From Amoebophrya sp. A120 (lineage: Eukaryota; Protista; Dinoflagellata), in contig CAJINV010000003.1 in assembly GCA_905178155.1 (NCBI GenBank), positions 269,091 through 333,090 of the forward strand: a stretch of DNA of 64,000 bases, given 5' to 3'. The position numbers and the translations under genes are program-made. Below, piece by piece: positions 36,600-49,144 of this stretch. The notes under the pieces are model-generated. The model was not told where the DNA came from. It made no database searches and saw only the letters and a program-made list of their open reading frames with translations. Position 1 is the first letter of the stretch, and each line of letters opens with the position of its first letter.

Positions 36600-38954
36600 A
36601 TGGACCACCACGAAAATACCGAGGAAGTAGTGGGGGATGGGAGAGCAGCAACGGAACACCCCTCCGCCCAACCTGCGGACGCCAGCGCGAGGTCCCCGGA
36701 CGGTGACGCGCACACAACTGCCGCACCTGCTACCGAGGCACCGGAAGGCACCGGGACAAAAGATGGACCACGCCGCGAGGATACTGCTGCCGGCGACAGG
36801 GGCCGCGCAAACGCCGTGGTGGAGCAACCAATATCGCTGTCCTTGGAAGAAAAGCTACGAGAGAAGGAAGAGGAGCTGGCGCGTTCGGAGCGCATGCGAA
36901 TTAACTTGAAGACCGCGACGGAGCAGCTGCAGAAGCGCGTGCGAGACTTGGGCGCGGCCAACCAAAGCTTGACCGAGGAAATAAAGCTGGCAAGAGACAC
37001 CGCCGAAAGGGAGAAACACGCGATAGCTGCAGAAGTGGAGGCGCGGTGCGAGCAGGAGTTCAAACGGAAACAGGACGAGATTCAAGCGCAAGACACGGCG
37101 ATCAGCGAGTTGAAGCGGCTCTTGCAAGACGCGGAACGCAGCCTGAAGGAAATGACGAGCGCAGCGCAGACCAAGGATCGCGAAGTGGAAGAGAAAAAGG
37201 CGGCGCTGGCATCCCTGGAGGCCGAATTCTCGAAAATCGAACAGGAGATCAGTCTCCGGAGTGCGGAGTTTGCGTCGGAGCAGGTGGCCAAAAATGGGAC
37301 GCTCGAAAAGATGCTGCAGGCGGAGAAGCAAGCTGTCGCTGACCTCACCGCTGAGCTGGCAGCGCAGCGTGCCGAGAGCTCGCGCGCACTGGAGGAGTCG
37401 CGCGCCGACGCCGACGCGAAGATGAAGGAGCTGCAAATGGACACTGAAGAGAAGTTCGAGAAAATGAGACAGGAGCACGCGAGTGCGCTGGAAGAGCAAG
37501 GAGGCCGCTTCTCTTTGGAATTATCTCAGGAGAAAGAGGCAAGAGAAAGAGCTCTTGATCAGCAGAAGAATGCTTACGAGGCGCAATTGGATGATATGCA
37601 AAAAGGTCACGACCGTTCCCTTTCTGACATACAAGCAACAGCAGCTCAAGAACTGGAGGAAGCAAAGCAACACCACGCCCAGGAGCTAGAGCGGCGCGAC
37701 CGCGAGTTTGCGGATTTTCGTGCGGGCAACGAGGAAGAATGTCGCGCTTTGCAGGAGAAGTGGCGCGCCACGCAATCTGAGCTGGAGGAGTGGAAGCGGA
37801 CGCGGCCCGCGAGCACGGAGCAGGCCCTGGACACGCTAGAGCACGACCTGACGGAAATTTTGTCCTTCCAAAAAACCGCGCACTCCGAGGTGCACAAACT
37901 GCAGGTGGTGGAAGAGGCGGCGGAGACCCTTGAACGCGAGGCGGCGCAGCTCCGGCAGCAAGTTGTGATCCTGGAGACGCGGACCCGGGACCTGCGATCG
38001 GAGAACGAGGTTCTGCAGGAGATGAAAACCGACGCATTCGCCAAACGCGAGGATCTCTTGGTGGAGTTGTCCACGCTGCGACGCGAGTACGGGAAAGCGC
38101 AGGAGCAGCTGGCGCGCATCGTGAACCAGGACGCGCGCGTGCAGGATCTGGCCGCGGCGAGGACGCAGCTGGAGATCCAGAACGCGTCCTTGCTGCAGGA
38201 GCTGACCCGGCTGCGCCAGAGCAACGCCGCGCTCTGCCGGCAACTGTTTCAGCCCGATGGGGCGGAGGATGATCATTTCGGCCTGGGGGCAGAAGTAGAA
38301 GAACCCCGGCGGGAAAACAGTCCTGTGACCTCCAGTGACGACGAGTCTTCTTCAACCTCGAGTAGTACCAGCAGCGACGAGGAGGAGCAATTCTCGAACC
38401 AATCACCGGATCATCATCATCATCACGCGGGGGAGGTTGTACAACAACTAGGCGCGAAGAAGAGAAGGAGCAAGAAGCAAGCTAGTACTTCTATGCGGCA
38501 GAAGAACAAAAGGCCGCAACACGGGCCGGCGCCCACGGGCGACGAGGAGGCCGCGGTGATACTGCGGGGCCAGCGCTCTATGGACGAGGGGGAGGAAAAC
38601 CGAAACGTGCGTCAGCTGGCCACCATCGCGCGGCTGCAGGCAAAGTTGATTGCAGTGGAGCACCAGGCACTCGAAGAAAAAACGCAGCTGTTCGACCGTA
38701 TTCGCGAACTCGAGCACAATGGCTACACTGGCAGCGGAACAAATGTAGCAGGGCGTGGTCCTACGTCTACGAACGTCAGTAGTACAGCGTCCCCGGGTGG
38801 TGGAGGCGGCGCACCGGGCGGGGGCTTGACGACCCTTGCCGGTCTCAACAAGCTTAGCGAACAGCGTAGATCGTCGCCTACCACCGACCCACAGGGGTCG
38901 GTGTCTCAGCGGATGGGAGCACTGGTTTCAGGTGTGTTTGGAAGTGGTAGATGA
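36600..38954 (+). CDS. Long coiled-coil protein
   Basis: 862-aa ORF (36366-38954) rich in E/K/Q/R/L/A heptads. ATG at 36600. A phase-compatible acceptor at 36480 means it could be the 3' part of the preceding gene. Confidence 0.8.
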   Translation: MDHHENTEEVVGDGRAATEHPSAQPADASARSPDGDAHTTAAPATEAPEGTGTKDGPRREDTAAGDRGRANAVVEQPISLSLEEKLREKEEELARSERMRINLKTATEQLQKRVRDLGAANQSLTEEIKLARDTAEREKHAIAAEVEARCEQEFKRKQDEIQAQDTAISELKRLLQDAERSLKEMTSAAQTKDREVEEKKAALASLEAEFSKIEQEISLRSAEFASEQVAKNGTLEKMLQAEKQAVADLTAELAAQRAESSRALEESRADADAKMKELQMDTEEKFEKMRQEHASALEEQGGRFSLELSQEKEARERALDQQKNAYEAQLDDMQKGHDRSLSDIQATAAQELEEAKQHHAQELERRDREFADFRAGNEEECRALQEKWRATQSELEEWKRTRPASTEQALDTLEHDLTEILSFQKTAHSEVHKLQVVEEAAETLEREAAQLRQQVVILETRTRDLRSENEVLQEMKTDAFAKREDLLVELSTLRREYGKAQEQLARIVNQDARVQDLAAARTQLEIQNASLLQELTRLRQSNAALCRQLFQPDGAEDDHFGLGAEVEEPRRENSPVTSSDDESSSTSSSTSSDEEEQFSNQSPDHHHHHAGEVVQQLGAKKRRSKKQASTSMRQKNKRPQHGPAPTGDEEAAVILRGQRSMDEGEENRNVRQLATIARLQAKLIAVEHQALEEKTQLFDRIRELEHNGYTGSGTNVAGRGPTSTNVSSTASPGGGGGAPGGGLTTLAGLNKLSEQRRSSPTTDPQGSVSQRMGALVSGVFGSGR

Positions 38955-39815
38955 CACAGACTCGCAAAGGCTTTAAGTAATTGTCTAGCATGAACATGAT
39001 GCGCGCCACTACATTTATCACACCAGGGCACTTACAAACGCGATCTAGCACACGCACGCGCCTCGTGCCAAACTAAGTAACCTGGAGCAGATACGAAGAC
39101 GAACCGGGAGTGAACTCGTCGTCGGCGAGGTAGGGAACAGTGTTTCGCGACTTTTGCGAACAGTAGTATGTTTGACCGCCTCTCCCAAAAGAACAAGTGT
39201 TCTCGATGTGATCTTTGACGGAATTGTGCCTGGGCTTGCACCAGTCAGGAACATTGCTCTGCTGGAGCAAAAGAAGGATCAACAAACAGCAACAGATCTG
39301 CGTCAATCGATCGTTGTTTGAACATCTTGTTGGGTCAATCTTTGTTTTTGTTCGTTTCGCAATACCGATGCAGCTACGCCAGTGGCAGTGTAGAACAACT
39401 CTTTATTTGTTATTTAGTTTTGGCCAGTGTGCGTCCGCGTGCAGTTTGCGTTTGAGGTTCACTTCTTGACAGCATAAACTATTGGTTGAAAAGAAGCTGC
39501 TCGCAGGAAATATCTCTTTGATCTCGTGTCAGTTGCAGCCAACGTACTTATGATCAATCCAGCACCTGCACCAGCTCCAGCATGTTTTGCTTTTGCACGT
39601 ACGCAGTTTTATGTTAAGGAGGTTCGTGGCCACCGTACCTCTCGCTCTCGGAGAAGAGAGCGTTTTTGTGCGAGTCGATTTGGATTGGATTTCTTCTCTA
39701 TTGAGGATTTCGATTTTGGATTTGGTGTTGCATTTTTCGGACCGAATAAACGTACTTAAGAAAGTACGTTTTGTTTTTGATGCAAGCATAACGATAACCT
39801 CCGAGGAAAACCAAA

Positions 39816-42504
39816 ATGGAAAACCACGTACCGGAAGAATTCTTGTGCCCCATCACCTTCGACATGATGGAGGACCCGGTGTGCACCGTTGACGGTCATT
39901 CATATGACCGCCATGCCATCACGCGCTGGTTCAGTGAGGGGCGTACTACGTCGCCGGCCACGGGCCTCGGGTTGGCGAGCACGGCGCTTGCGACAAACTT
40001 TGGCTTGAGGAAGGCAATCGCCAACCACGGGGCCCGGGCGGAGGAGTCGGCCCGGCGGGAGAGGAGCCGAGCGGAGGAATGGGCCCGGCGCGAGAGCGGG
40101 ATGAAGCGGACTTTAGAAATGTACCGGGATGCCACAGCGGCGCTGACGAACAAGCTGCGGACGCTGCAGGCGCAAGCTTGCGGCGGCGAGAGGGGTACGA
40201 CGACGGCGGCGCAATCGGGCGGCCACCGGGGTTGTGGCGTGTCGATAGTCGACAGCAGCCGCACCCGGGGGCCTTCCGAACACCACCCCGCTTGGGTTGA
40301 TTTTGTTCTGCTGGTTTCGCGTATGTTGGCGCCCAGCGAAGATCCCGCCGCCGGCGCCGCCGCGAAGTTCTTGGCGGTGGACACTTTCGTGGAAGCGGCG
40401 GAGGCCGAGGCCGGAATTGGTTTGTCCTTGTTGCGCGTGTTCCTGAACGACCGCGCGTCCCTGCAGAACTGCGGCCTCTCCTGCGCAAGGTACCTCAGCG
40501 ACGGCGGCGACGCGATCATCATCGAGAGGCCACGCGCCTTTGCAGAGGTGTGCGCGGCACTGCGGGCCCGGGGCACTAAACGGGGCGAATCCGTGGACGG
40601 TTGTAAGCGGAGAAGAACGGCGGTCGCGTATTGAAAGGAAAAATCCACCCTCCCCATATTGAAAAGGTGTGACTTCGAAAATTTGCGTTGCTGATTTGAG
40701 GTCACAAATCATATTTGTCTTGCAAGAAGACAAGGGCAGGAGCTTTCGCCCCATTATGGAAGCGATTTGTCATGCTGTTGGGCCTAAAGGGGAGCCGCTC
40801 GCCATGCTGAACAACTAGACACGTGCGCCCCTATGTAGCCTGGAGATCTGCCCGCAGTGCCTCTCTGCAATACAAAGCTGATTTGTGTACGCACATCCAG
40901 CATCAGAAATTTCCTTTTGATATGGGGAGGGGGGATTTTTCCTTTTGATATCGCGGCCGCGTTTTCGTCGCCGGCGCATGATGCAGCAGGGCGATCGTCT
41001 TCCGCCGCGCGAGATCCGTCCTTCCATGAATTCGCCGCTGAACAGGTATGAAAGTGGGCCTCATCTGTAACAAGGCCGTTTACAACGGCATGCGTTCTTG
41101 TACTTTATGTTTATTTTTTTTGTATGCTGTTGTGTTGCTGAAATTGAAATTGTTATTGATGTTGAAGAAGGGTCTGGGTTTCAAGATTTTTTTAGCGCCC
41201 TTTGTGCAAAACAGGAACTCTTCCCGGATGTGGAGGGGCCTGTGATGGCCCCGCCGGCTGGTCCAAGGTTACAATCTGCACCCTCCGCAACCACAAGCAG
41301 TGGCTCCGCGAATGAAATCCGGCCCAGCAGCAGCAGCGGCAGTAGTTCTCTGACTGCTTCGGCGTCAGGCAGCAACGGGGCTGGAACGGAGCGTGCCCCT
41401 ACCTCTCGGGGCTTCAGAGATGAGGTGGCAATACTGCTTAGCACGGACGTGTTCATCTTCTCCGCCTTTTTATTCTTTTTCGATGTTTCATTCACACAAC
41501 AACAAACCAAAGAAAGTTTTGAAGTGTTGTCCAAACTGCATTATTATGTCGCTTTGAAAAACAAACAGGGTTTTCATCGTGTCTCTCCGCAACAAGAATC
41601 TATGCCGGGCCATCCTGCACCTGCTGTCGGCCAGGGACGACCGAGACCGAACACCTCATTTCCCATTGCCAATTCCAATTCGCAAACGTTCCAAGGTAGC
41701 ACACCTGGGCTCGGCAGCGTCGCCTCCCAACCAGTGATGTTCTCTTCAGGCGGTTCCTCACGAGCGGGACACAATCTCCCTCTAGAAAATAACCCGACGA
41801 GCAATGGCATGATACCAACCCCGATGAGTGGCCCCATGATCATGCAGCCGTTGAATTACCCTGACCCCAACAGCAGTGTCGGCACGACGAGCACAACTCT
41901 CCTGTACCAGCAGCAAGGGCTGCCCCCGCAGTTTCACTTTATTCAGGGAGCAGCTCCGACCTCGTCCTCCGCCGGGGTTTATAATTACCCGCCCGGTGGT
42001 CTGCCGGTAAACGTAAACAACTCATCCATGAGCATGAATATGATGCCACCCCTCAATATGAGCAACGTCGGTGCGAACAACGCGCTGTACCAGCAACTTG
42101 GTCCGATTCCGGGAATGACCTCCTCCGCCGCGCAGCTTTACACGACTAGTGGCCATCTGCAGCCACCAGGGTATCCTTCGAGTTCGATCATGATGCAGGA
42201 GGTGCAGCCCGTCAGTACCAATCTCGTTGCGAACGCGATGTCCCGGCACCAGGAGCAGCCCGTTGCCTCGATGATGCAGCACGCCACAAATAACTTCGCT
42301 CCGGGTACTATCGCGGACAGACCACAAGTAAATCCGGCTGCTGATTCTGCATCGCTCATGAATCTTCATTCCTCGATCACGGCGCAATCCCAATCTTCCG
42401 GGCACGACGAACCCGCCGCCGCTCCTGCAGCACGGCAGCGCCCGCGTCTGCGTCGGTTTGACCAGACGCCTGATGATCTCAGTCGTCAACTACGTCAGTT
42501 GTGA
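39816..42504 (+). CDS. U-box domain protein (putative E3 ubiquitin ligase) with Q/P/S/M-rich C-terminus
   Basis: U-box VPEEFLCPITFDMMEDPVCTVDGHSYDRHAITRWF...TSPATG...NFGLRKAI. The frame continues across introner 40629-40950 and GT-AG intron 41046-41214 (probably also 41425-41568) into ORF 41098. Confidence 0.85.
40629..40950. mobile_element. Introner, family F5 (322 bp)
   Basis: ~38-bp TIR TAT(TG/CA)AAAGGAAAAATCC(A/C)CCCTCCCCATAT..AAAAGG. Direct repeat TCGCG at 40624-40628 and 40951-40955. Junction reads TAVA|AAFSS. Confidence 0.9.
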
Positions 42505-43571
42505 ATTCCGCAACTTCGCGCGAGGTTTGTTTTGGGCAGTGGACGGAACTCGATGTTCATGGGCAGAATTTCGTGTGTGCGAAATGAGATCTATTTCACT
42601 ATTGTTAGTCTGAAAAAGGGACAGGCAGTACTTACAAGATGATGCTGGTGAGATGGCATTTTGATCGCTGTAACAGCAAGTGCAATTTGAATTTTCCAAA
42701 ATTCTTCTTCCAACAGAACAAACACCGTAGCAGGTCCTTGCGTCAGTCGCGTCCAATCCGAAACTCGTGATGTATTTAAAAGTGACACCGCCAACATGGA
42801 CATGTCTTTTGCTGAATGAGTTTCAGCGCAGTGCCGACATGAACCTCTTTTACTGTTAAGGTGGACAACTCATTCATCAGCGCATAAGTATCCGTCGAAA
42901 GAGAAAACAAGAATTTAGGAGCTGAAAGCGAAAACAAGAAGTCACGCCAATGCCGAGGACCGTGATCCATGCATTCGGCGATGTCGATGTGTTTCGTTTG
43001 TGTTTTCGTGTCCGCGAATCGATCCGTGACCCGAATCCATTTAGGATCGTCTGAATTGTTACGAAACGCAAAAGGCCCACTCAAACAATCACTAGAGCTA
43101 GAGTTTCAGTTTGCCCCATTTTTGCACGCTCGAGATCATACGCGTCAATCAGGATGGAAAGGTACTAGACGTTCTGTTGTGGCGTATGTGTCTTTACGTG
43201 TATTTTCCCGAAGAGAGTCATACCCTGATCCTCACGATCTTCACGACCTTCACTACCAGCAGACCACAAGAATTCCATACAAATGAAAATCTCCGCTCGT
43301 TTCTTCTTTCTCTTTCCTTCATTTTCGCATCTGTAATGCGCATAGAAATTCCGCTCAGAAATGCCAACTCCTGCTTATCGCTCCTTTTTCGAATCCAAAA
43401 GCCAGGAAATAAATCCCGACTGCAAGCTCCTTAAGCATGCTAGCTCAATTATTTATCTCAGGCTATTTATTAGTTTTTCGATAGTTTTAGGTTCGTTTAC
43501 TCAAAATGCTTCTATTGTTGTAACTCTCTTACAGGTTGGGCACCTGTTATCGACAAGCGAGCGTGAAAATC

Positions 43572-46500
43572 ATGGACATACACGTGAAGACTCGGGCGTT
43601 ACTGGTCGTTCTTCTTCAAATTATGTTGCAGGCGTTTATTGTCACATCAACCAAAGCGAAGATCCCGACTACGAATTTGGCGGTGCGCGTTTGGGCTAAC
43701 GAGGGACGGCGTCAGGGTGAGCCAGATGGCTCGCAAAACTGTGGCACCGAGGATGTTTCGCTTCACCGAATTTTGGAACAGGTACTAGATGCGGAACGAG
43801 AGCAAAATGAAAATATCTTCCCTGGAGCGGAGAAGCGGCGGAGACGGTTGCGGGCGGCGAATAAATCAAGTACACCCGCCAAGAAATCCATTTCGCTTGC
43901 GCTGTACCTAGAGGGGTCTACTTCATCATCTGCTGTTCCTCATGCTCGAACTGCGCAGGAGAGCGCGGATGAATCAGCACTAGTTACATCAACCTCGGCG
44001 TGGTGCGGAGGCGTGCGGGAAGCGGTTTTGGCAGATCTGCTGTCCTATCAAATGTAAAAATGTCTGGGTCTGGAAGATTCTGAGACTTGTCATGCATGTT
44101 TTGCATTGGCCATGATGTCTGTGATGCATGCCCTAGGAACACAGATTTTTTGAAGGCTCCGCGATGCCTATTCCGCATGACAAATGCCCTCTCCGCGTAG
44201 CAAAAATTGCATTCCCTTTGCTGCTCATGCAATACAGATTTTTTTGGAATCTAAATACAGCGTCACAAGTTGCACCCTTCCAGACCCAGACATTTTTACA
44301 TTTGATATGTCCTCCGGCTTTGCTCGGAACAGGGTACGCTCAACCTCGGCGTGTGGAGGCGTGCGGGCCGCGGTTTTGGCAGATCTCCTGTCCTCCGCCT
44401 TTGCTCGGATATCAACTGCAAAAATGTCTGGGTCTGGAAACTTGTGATGCTGGCTGGCGTCTCATGATGAGGCCACAAATGCTGGCTTAGCATGACAAGT
44501 TTCTGAGCTTCTAGGTGTTGCCTATTCTGCATGACAAACTGCGTTTCTGCATCACAGAAAAACACCAGGGATCTTGGATCACGTGCATTACAGATTTAAG
44601 ACTCATGCCAGACAAGCATGACAAACATGCGTTCTTCCAGACCCAGACATTTCTACATTTGATATCGGAACAGGGTGCGCGATTTACAGATCTTCGAGGG
44701 CGGCCAACGAGATTGTAATTGTTCTTTTACTGGCAAAGATCAGGAGGTTGTTTCTTGTCAAGAAGAACAGAAGACTTGTGCTTTTGTCCCACTGCTTCGA
44801 TCCGCCGCGGGCGTTTCTGTGAGCGAGCAAAAGGAGAAGAAAGGCTCTGCTGCAAGAAACGCCCAAATAAAAAGTTCTGCAGATTGGATTAGAAGCTCCG
44901 CGCACGAGACCACCAGGACCTCCAGGACCTCCAGGACTAGTCCTAGTCCCGCGATGTCACCCCGACCTGTCGATCTTCTGTGCCAGTTGCAGTGGCCGAA
45001 CCTCCAAAGCAGCAGTTTGAACCGGAAAAATGAGGATTTCTGCCTGCAGCGGACGAGCATCCCCCGCCAGCGGTTTGTCCTGGGCGGCATTTCAGAACCG
45101 GGGTCCGTGTACCGGTTTTTTTCCCACGGCGCCTACTGGAACGTCCGGGAGAATCGGGCGCAGTTTTGCAGCGCGTCCCTCTACAACGGGTATATACAGC
45201 ACCTCGACCGAGTAGAAAATGAATCCATCGCGCGAAATGGGCCAGAGCTTGGTCTGGGAGACGTTGAGGAAAGGACAAAAAACAAGCTGCACAACTACAA
45301 CTCTTTCGAAACTCCGATCACCGCTGGCACATCATCAAGTCGGTTGTTGCCTGTCTTTTTGCAGGTTTGGGGGCATGGGATTCTGAACAAGCTGTCGAAG
45401 CAAAAAGTGGTACAGAGTGACACGCTGCACTACTGGGAATACGAATTCGGCAACAAGGCGGATTTCGACCGCCTGGCGGATCTGTTCGACGAGGAAGGTA
45501 CTTCGTTGTACGACCTGCCTGATAGTGCAGCTCCTGCTGAAGGTGGAAAAGGAATGTTTACAGAGTCCAGACACGACGAGATCGAGATCTACAAGAGTTC
45601 CTCATCTACTACTTCCCTCACGGTCCTGATTGCGGGTTGCTCGGAGGGGGACCTGCTGGATTTCTTCGCGGAGAAGGCGAAGAAGAGAGACAAAAATACC
45701 GACGAGCATCGAAACGAGAAAAAAATGCCATCTACTTCAAAAATCCACGGCTTCGAAGTCCTCGCCTCGACGTACGCACGGCTGCAGGAGAAATACCGGA
45801 ACTCTCCCTACGTCGCCGTGCACCACTATGAAAGCCTGAGGTTGGAAATCCTCAAAGTGAAAATGATTTGTAATGCAAAAAAACGACTCCAGTTGGAGCA
45901 CCATTTATAGTCGGCGCATGACAAATTTCCCGGGCACTCAAAACGTGTCTGTCATGGTAGTTAGGCAAAGGGGTGCCCTTCTCTCATGCTAATCAGCAGC
46001 CCAATTCTGAACCTGTAGAAGCACAATAGTCGGCCTCCATTGCGTTCTCTGCAATGCCGTCTTTTTGGTGTCGCATTTCATGCATCACAAATTATTTACA
46101 CCTTGAGGATTTCCATTCTGAGGGTGTCATAACCACCTCGGTTGGGGGGAAGCCAGCTCCACGGGGAAGGAGGTCGCAGGGTACGGCGAGTTGTCGGGGT
46201 TGTACGCCAGCGACGGGCAGTTCGTCAACGGGCTGTACACGACCACGACAGAAAATAAAACAGTGCAACAAGCGAAAGAGAAGAAGGCGAAGAGGAACCA
46301 GGACCACTTCTCCGTCAAGAACGTGGTCAACGTGGTGGCGCTCGCGGATTGGTGGGCGGAGCAGCTCCAGTCGAGGGAGCGGGCTGACAAGCGCAGGATC
46401 GAGGTACAACTGGATCCGCAAGTGACCTACGTGGTGATTGACGTGGAGGGCTACGAGCCGAAGGTGCTGCGCGGGATTATGCCGCTCTCAACTGTTACAT

Positions 46501-47353
46501 TCTCAACTGTTACATGAATTTGTGATGCAAGAATTGCAAAAGTGAAAGGGGTGGACTTGCGTGTCTTGCATGACAGATTTGGCACAGATTCATTCCCAGC
46601 CTGTTTGGCTCTTCGAGAATTTGTCATGCGAAGCAGCTTGATCGTGTCGATTCTCTCTGATTGTAAATCTGCATGACAAACCATGTAACAGCTGAGAATG
46701 TAACAATTGAGAATCCCATAGGGATGAAACTCGAATTGGCGGCGAACCAAGCGCGGTTTCCGCTTTTCCAGTTCGAACTGGGACCCTCCTGGGCCGCGCG
46801 GGATGCGCGGCACGGCAACGAAACTTTGTGGACGCAGGAGTACGCGGCACGGAGGCTGCAGTCGTTTGGTTACGAACTTTATCTCATCGGGCTGACTGGG
46901 TATTTGCAGGTGGACTCCTTCTTCTTCAACCCGGCGCACCGACACACAGCCGACGACGGCGGTGGGCCATTCATTTGGGGCAACTTGCTCTGCATGCACA
47001 GCCAGTACACGAAAAAACACTTCCGCGACCGCATCCACATTTCCGCGCAGAAGACCGCGGACCGCATATTGGCGCTGCTGCGATCTGGGTGGCGGAATGT
47101 GACCGCTGCGGAGGAGCAGGACGAGCTGCAAAGGGAATTAGCATTGATCAACAATGCCGGAGCAGGTACAGGTTTCTCGCTCACTGCTGCAGCGAAAGCT
47201 GCTGCGCAGCGAAGTAGAGGAAACCACTCAGATGTTGATAGTGGCCTTTCTGCCTCCTGGTGGCTCGACGTCAAAAAGCGGGCCCAGCAAGGTGGGCTCA
47301 GCCGGAAGATTTTGCAAGGCGTGATTGATGGAACGGCCTATGGCGCGGATTGA
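43572..47353 (+). CDS. FkbM-like SAM-dependent methyltransferase with N-terminal signal/anchor; all four detected introns are introners
   Basis: Motifs KIHGFEV, VIDVEGYEPKVLRGM and FQFELG. Five exons join in frame across 44046-44307, 44410-44664, 45827-46131 and 46478-46720. Confidence 0.82.
44046..44307. mobile_element. Introner, family F1 (262 bp)
   Basis: Perfect TIR TATCAAATGTAAAAATGTCTGGGTCTGGAAG. Direct repeat TGTCC at 44041-44045 and 44308-44312. Confidence 0.94.
44410..44664. mobile_element. Introner, family F1 (255 bp), inverted relative to 8102 and 44046
   Basis: Ends TATCAACTGCAAAAATGTCTGGGTCTGGAA and TTCCAGACCCAGACATTTCTACATTTGATA. Direct repeat TCGGA at 44405-44409 and 44665-44669. 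Confidence 0.93.
45827..46131. mobile_element. Introner, family F6 (305 bp)
   Basis: ~50-bp imperfect TIR TATGA.A.CCT.AG..TGGAAATCCTCAA.GTG.AAAT.ATTTGT.ATGCA. Direct repeat ACCAC at 45822-45826 and 46132-46136. Junction reads AVHH|LGWG. Confidence 0.9.
46478..46720. mobile_element. Introner, family F7 (243 bp)
   Basis: TIR TATG....TCTCAA(C/T)TGTTACATTCTCA.CTGTTACATG with an internal 15-bp tandem. Direct repeat GGGAT at 46473-46477 and 46721-46725. Junction reads VLRGM|KLEL. Confidence 0.92.
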
Positions 47354-47716
47354 AAAACTCATCAAATGTGTTGAGTTCCATACGCTTTCTCAAAGGCGGC
47401 TTTGCCTCTGTTAAGAGATGCTTGTTCTTTTCACTGCGCGACAGCAGGAATTTTCTTGGAAGCCATAAAAGCGTCCGATTGGATTGAGTTAGAGTTGTCT
47501 TTCCATAAAAATGGCAACTACCAGTACTGGTTTTGTGAGAGAGACACGAGTCGCTGGAGCGGAGCTTTTAGCTCAAACCGGTAGTATCTGTATCGCGCAC
47601 ACAGATTCGTAATTCTGCACAGAAACACCAATACGTATACGATTCAGCATATTTCTATACTGTTTTTTCAAGCGAGCCTAGTTGTTCGGATTCCGAAACT
47701 ATCCTACAAAACGAAC

Positions 47717-48408
47717 ATGGGGAAAGGCAAAGGCGGTAAGGGCAAGAAGAGGAAGAGCAGTGATGACGACAGCGACGAGGACGATGGGCCGTACTTTTCG
47801 ACGGAGGATCCGGGCTATGTCAATCCGCAGACGGGTCACCTGAAGCCGCTTCTGTACCTCGAGATTCTGGGCGCTCTGGTCGTGGTTGGAATCATCACGA
47901 TCCTCGCTAGTGGCTACTTCTTCCAGACCGGCGGGGCGTGCGAACCAAAAAAGAAGGTTCCCTGCGAGCACCTGAGGCCAGTAAGCCAAGTTACCTGTGA
48001 CGTTCCCGGAAGTCCCGAGGGGAAAAAAATGGTGCAGGCCACCAGCTGTTCAAATGGCGACACAGGTACTTATTTTTTTTTGCCTTCTGCCTACTTTACG
48101 AATACGAGCGCACCAAAAGTGACAGAGCTGCCAGCAGTTCCGTTGAATTGAAAAGCAGCATCCCATCAGCTCCATTTTTATTTGATTGCGTCGTGTGCAT
48201 TTTTTTTTTCCAACATTGCTGCAATACTATTCAGTGCGAACTCGGTGTCGGTCTTCCACAATCACAAATTTTCCTTACAGGTATCTACTTCGTGTGTACA
48301 GCGGGGACCTACAATATGTGTGGTGCGGACAAACTCAATTTAAAGCTTGTAGACGATGATGCGCAGACAGGCAAAGGCGTCTCAAAAGAAGAATTTAAAA
48401 GCAGATGA
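47717..48408 (+). CDS. Small single-pass membrane protein with Cys-rich C-terminal part, 2 exons
   Basis: One TM segment (ILGALVVVGIITILASGYFF). GT-AG intron 48066-48280 joins ORFs 47717 and 48148 in phase 1. Confidence 0.7.
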
Positions 48409-49144
48409 GGCTACAGTGTGTTTAGGTGTATCTACTCTCATTCAATTTCAAGCATAACACATTTCAAGAATACAGTTGGAGCCTCTATCCAGAACGAAGA
48501 CCCGCTTCGTCTGGGGGTCATGGTGGCACTTCAACACGATGTACTAGTTGACTAGTTGTTGTGTGTCGCAGGGGTCACCATCTTCGTGTTGCAAGAACGA
48601 TCATTCTGTTGTACGTGTGCGACTCTGATGAAAGCAGTTTCTTTCTTTTCAACAATGGCGATCCTGGATCGCCACCACTTTTTCGTGCAATTTTAAATTC
48701 GGTCGATCCAGATTTTATCATGTGAAAGGAAGTAGTAGCTAGTGTCGCACTCCTAAGCGCAACAAGGGTCGTGTCGGTTATACGTGGGATATCGCTCCTT
48801 TCTCTTTCACTCTCTCTGTAAACAGTGGTATCCATATCGTGGGTCCCAGCAGAACACCGTTTTTATCGCATTTTTATCATTTCGTTTTTCTTTTTTATTT
48901 GTTGAAGTTTGCAGATGCAGGTAAATCATATTTCGATCAGCACCAGATTGAAGTAGCTGTTCCTCGCGAAGCGTCTTTTTTTAGAATCAATATGCGGTCG
49001 CACGGTATAGGTATTAATTAAGTCGGGTTGAGAGGATCGTTAACGATACGTATGGAATTAAAAACGTGTGACCCGGGAAGAAGCACGATGACGCGCTTCT
49101 ACAACACTACACGTAGTTGAGCCTCGCGATCAAAAGCTAAAAAA

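Noticed and set aside
36855-38406. Long antisense ORFs opposite coding exons (here and at 7169-8251, 22453-23202 and 39896-40705)
   Set aside because: They are shadow ORFs of GC3-rich + strand genes with no recognisable domains.
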